Shown: piece by piece, positions 61,715-64,000 of the stretch
How the letters are laid out: each line of letters starts with the position of its first letter
Numbering within the stretch: position 1 is the first letter of the stretch
Virus record (IMG/VR): IMGVR_UViG_3300021399_000096
Source of the DNA: a virus
Taxonomy: Duplodnaviria > Heunggongvirae > Uroviricota > Caudoviricetes
Direction: 5' to 3' (one strand)
DNA: 64,000 nt
Program-made: the position numbers and the translations under genes
The notes under the pieces: generated by a model
Seen by the model: the letters and a program-made list of their open reading frames with translations, nothing else
What the model was told of the DNA's origin: nothing
Databases searched by the model: none

Positions 61715-62475
61715 TTATGAAGAAATATGGTTTAATAGGAAAAAATATTAGTTATTCATTATCTAAAGAAATATTTGATAATAATTGTTTTAAAGATAGT
61801 GAATATTTTTTATATAGCATTTCAGAAGATGAAATCACTAAAGAATTTTTAAATCAGTTTAATGGACTGAATGTAACGATTCCATATAAAAATGTGGTAG
61901 GACAATTTCTTGATGAAATTAGAATCCCAAAAATAAATGGAGTTGAATTTAATGCAATTAATTGTATATCTAATGAAAATGGAAAATTGATTGGATATAA
62001 TACTGATGTATATGGAATAGAAAAAACATTAGACCAATTTATCAAATCTGATAAAAAAGCATTAATATGTGGAAATGGAGGAGCATCTGAAGCACTTCAA
62101 TATTATTTTACTAGTAATAATATAAAATATATTGTGGTAACTAGAAGTGAATATACTCCAATTTCATGTTTTGGCTTTAGTATAACATATGATGAATTGT
62201 TTGAATGCAATTCAGAGTTTTTCGAAAATATCAATATTGTTGTTAATGCAACTCCAGTAGGAACAATAAATTATCTAGGCAAAGTAAATATTCCATATGA
62301 AAAATTTAAAAATATTGATATTGCATTTGATTTAGTTTATAATCCATGGGAAACAGAATTTTTAAAAACTTTTAAAGATTTAGGAAAACAAATAATAAAT
62401 GGGTACACAATGCTTCAAAATCAAGCATTAAAGTCATATAAAATTTGGAAATTGCTGAAAAACAAATCCATTTAA
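61711..62475 (+). CDS. aroE: Shikimate dehydrogenase.
   Basis: The N-terminus YGLIGKNISYSLSKEIF is a substrate-binding motif. GYNTDVYG and GNGGASEA (NADP-binding) are present. Confidence 0.65.
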   Translation: MIMKKYGLIGKNISYSLSKEIFDNNCFKDSEYFLYSISEDEITKEFLNQFNGLNVTIPYKNVVGQFLDEIRIPKINGVEFNAINCISNENGKLIGYNTDVYGIEKTLDQFIKSDKKALICGNGGASEALQYYFTSNNIKYIVVTRSEYTPISCFGFSITYDELFECNSEFFENINIVVNATPVGTINYLGKVNIPYEKFKNIDIAFDLVYNPWETEFLKTFKDLGKQIINGYTMLQNQALKSYKIWKLLKNKSI

Positions 62476-62514
62476 AAACTCTATAATAGTTAGAAAAAGA
62501 AATAAAATATCAAA

Positions 62515-63189
62515 ATGGAAACTAATTTGAAGATTAAGATTAATACAATGTTTCAAATGCTTGATGATTTAATTGATAGTAAGGAATACAATCAAATTAA
62601 AGATTATGCATTTAATATTTGGAAAGAAACTGGAAAATTCCCTCATTTTATTTTAGCTGGTGTAGGAAAGAATTGGTATATTTGTGAAAAAGTAGAAAAG
62701 ACATTTATTTCTATGGGATTGAAATGTACAGCATTAGATTGCACACATGCATTACATGGTGATTTAGGTTTAATTACTTTGACAGATGAACCAAAGATCA
62801 TTATTTTTATTTCTAAATCAGGAACAACAGAAGAACTTATAAAGCTTGTAAAGATTTGCAATTATCTTAAAAATGAAAATAGAATTAAAAATAGTTTGTT
62901 TGTATCATTTTATTTGAATGTTGAAGCTGCTGAAAAGTATAATGATTTATATGATATTTGTTTACATCCAGATATTACTAAATATAATGGTATGCATCTT
63001 TCTGAATTTGATTCCAGAAATTTGGTTCCAAGTTTATCAATTAATATTATGCAATTGACACTGGATTCTCTTGGAGTTGCATTATTTGAAGCAGATAAAA
63101 AATTAATAGAAAATTATAAATATAACCATTTAGCTGGTAATAATGGGAAAATACTTGGTGGTGATAAAATTATAAATTCTATAAAATGA
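62515..63189 (+). CDS. SIS-domain phosphosugar isomerase, GmhA/KpsF-like.
   Basis: HFILAGVGKNWYICEKV...LHGDLGLIT...IIIFISKSGTTEEL is the SIS-domain pattern. Confidence 0.5.
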   Translation: METNLKIKINTMFQMLDDLIDSKEYNQIKDYAFNIWKETGKFPHFILAGVGKNWYICEKVEKTFISMGLKCTALDCTHALHGDLGLITLTDEPKIIIFISKSGTTEELIKLVKICNYLKNENRIKNSLFVSFYLNVEAAEKYNDLYDICLHPDITKYNGMHLSEFDSRNLVPSLSINIMQLTLDSLGVALFEADKKLIENYKYNHLAGNNGKILGGDKIINSIK

Positions 63190-63250
63190 AAACATAAACA
63201 TTTTAAATTTTATCAATATAATTATTATATTAAGAAACTAATTTGAAAAT

Positions 63251-64000
63251 ATGAGTAAGACAAATATCGTTATTGTGGCTGGCGGTCTTGGAACTCGTTT
63301 TAATGAGTTATCGGTATTTCCAAAGATTTTATTGCCAACAAGTACACATAATTCTATCTTGAATGAAATTCAGGATAGTTTTTGTGATTATACAGGAACC
63401 ATATCATTAATTATCAATGAGAAATTTTATGATATGGTTGACAATTATATTAAAGTCAATGGAATTAAAAATATAAATCTTATTAAATCTACAAAGATTA
63501 ATGGTTCTTTGAACAGTATAATGGATGTTTATAATGAACTTCCAAAAAAGAATGTGTTGTTTATTTGGTCTGATTTGATTTTTGATAAAGAAACTTCATC
63601 ATTTATTTTAGATACATGTGAAAAAACCAATAAAGATTATATTGTATTTTGTTATGAAAATGGACAATACCGATATAATTTAACTGATGATTTAGTTTTT
63701 GAAGCTAATGTAAAGGATGGAAACATTCCTGGCATTTACTATATTAATAATTTTGAATATGTGTATAATAATTTGAATATGCTTCAAAAGAAAGATAATT
63801 TAGATTTATTAGATTTTATTATTAATGATTTTGAACATACAGATTGTAATCTTGAAAAACAAAATATTGAAAAATTAACAGAATATCGTGATCTTGATAC
63901 TTATATTGATATATTAAAAAATCATAAAAGAGAATTGGCACAAACTAGATTCTTTAATAAACTTATTATTGATAAAGAAAATAAAATTGTTACTAAACAA
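63251..64000 (+). CDS. Sugar-phosphate nucleotidyltransferase. The gene is partial and continues past the window end.
   Basis: The N-terminus NIVIVAGGLGTRFNEL gives the GGxGTR(L/F) signature. The frame is open to position 64000. Confidence 0.5.
   Translation, partial: MSKTNIVIVAGGLGTRFNELSVFPKILLPTSTHNSILNEIQDSFCDYTGTISLIINEKFYDMVDNYIKVNGIKNINLIKSTKINGSLNSIMDVYNELPKKNVLFIWSDLIFDKETSSFILDTCEKTNKDYIVFCYENGQYRYNLTDDLVFEANVKDGNIPGIYYINNFEYVYNNLNMLQKKDNLDLLDFIINDFEHTDCNLEKQNIEKLTEYRDLDTYIDILKNHKRELAQTRFFNKLIIDKENKIVTKQ

Noticed and set aside
1-64000. CRISPR arrays, integrase/transposase genes and large direct repeats.
   Set aside because: None was found. The only repeats are the tandem gene duplication at 4293 and 5087, the promoter-like elements, and similar terminator hairpins.

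Overview
This AT-rich (about 30% GC), densely coding window is best read as part of a large T4-like contractile-tailed phage genome, not a bacterial chromosome. T4-type replication and recombination genes are present: a gp32-like ssDNA-binding protein, a gp61-like primase, gp47/gp46-like Mre11/Rad50 proteins, a family B DNA polymerase, a dUTPase and a gp1-like dNMP kinase. T4-type structural genes are present too: a gp18-like tail sheath and a gp23-like major capsid protein. Almost all genes are on the + strand. The most important observation is that TAG is clearly a sense codon here, almost certainly glutamine. Two TAGs in the PhoH gene fall exactly on the conserved Gln of the DEAQN and GDIEQ motifs. 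At least 12 genes run in one frame through 1 to 12 TAG codons, including the sheath, the capsid protein, PhoH, DAHP synthase and a family of minus-strand genes. TAA and TGA remain the stops. Consistent with this, the phage carries its own release factor 2, which reads UAA and UGA but not UAG. Other notable content follows. There is a complete shikimate/chorismate pathway operon (DAHP synthase-chorismate mutase, aroB, aroK, an aroQ-aroA fusion, aroC, aroE). NAD salvage genes pncA and pncB are present. RNA repair and maturation genes (CCA-adding enzyme, Rnl2-like RNA ligase) are present. The family B polymerase is split into two genes whose order is swapped, with the C-terminal half first, and an HNH endonuclease sits next to them. 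Two heavily recoded tandem genes carry a FISUMP/DUF1566 domain. Four minus-strand paralogs share an N-terminal leader ending in L-N-E, which resembles a T4 prohead-protease capsid-targeting signal. A conserved promoter-like element of about 55 nt recurs six times. No tRNA, CRISPR array or integrase was found. The ORF-track entries that stop at TAG are mostly fragments of longer recoded genes.
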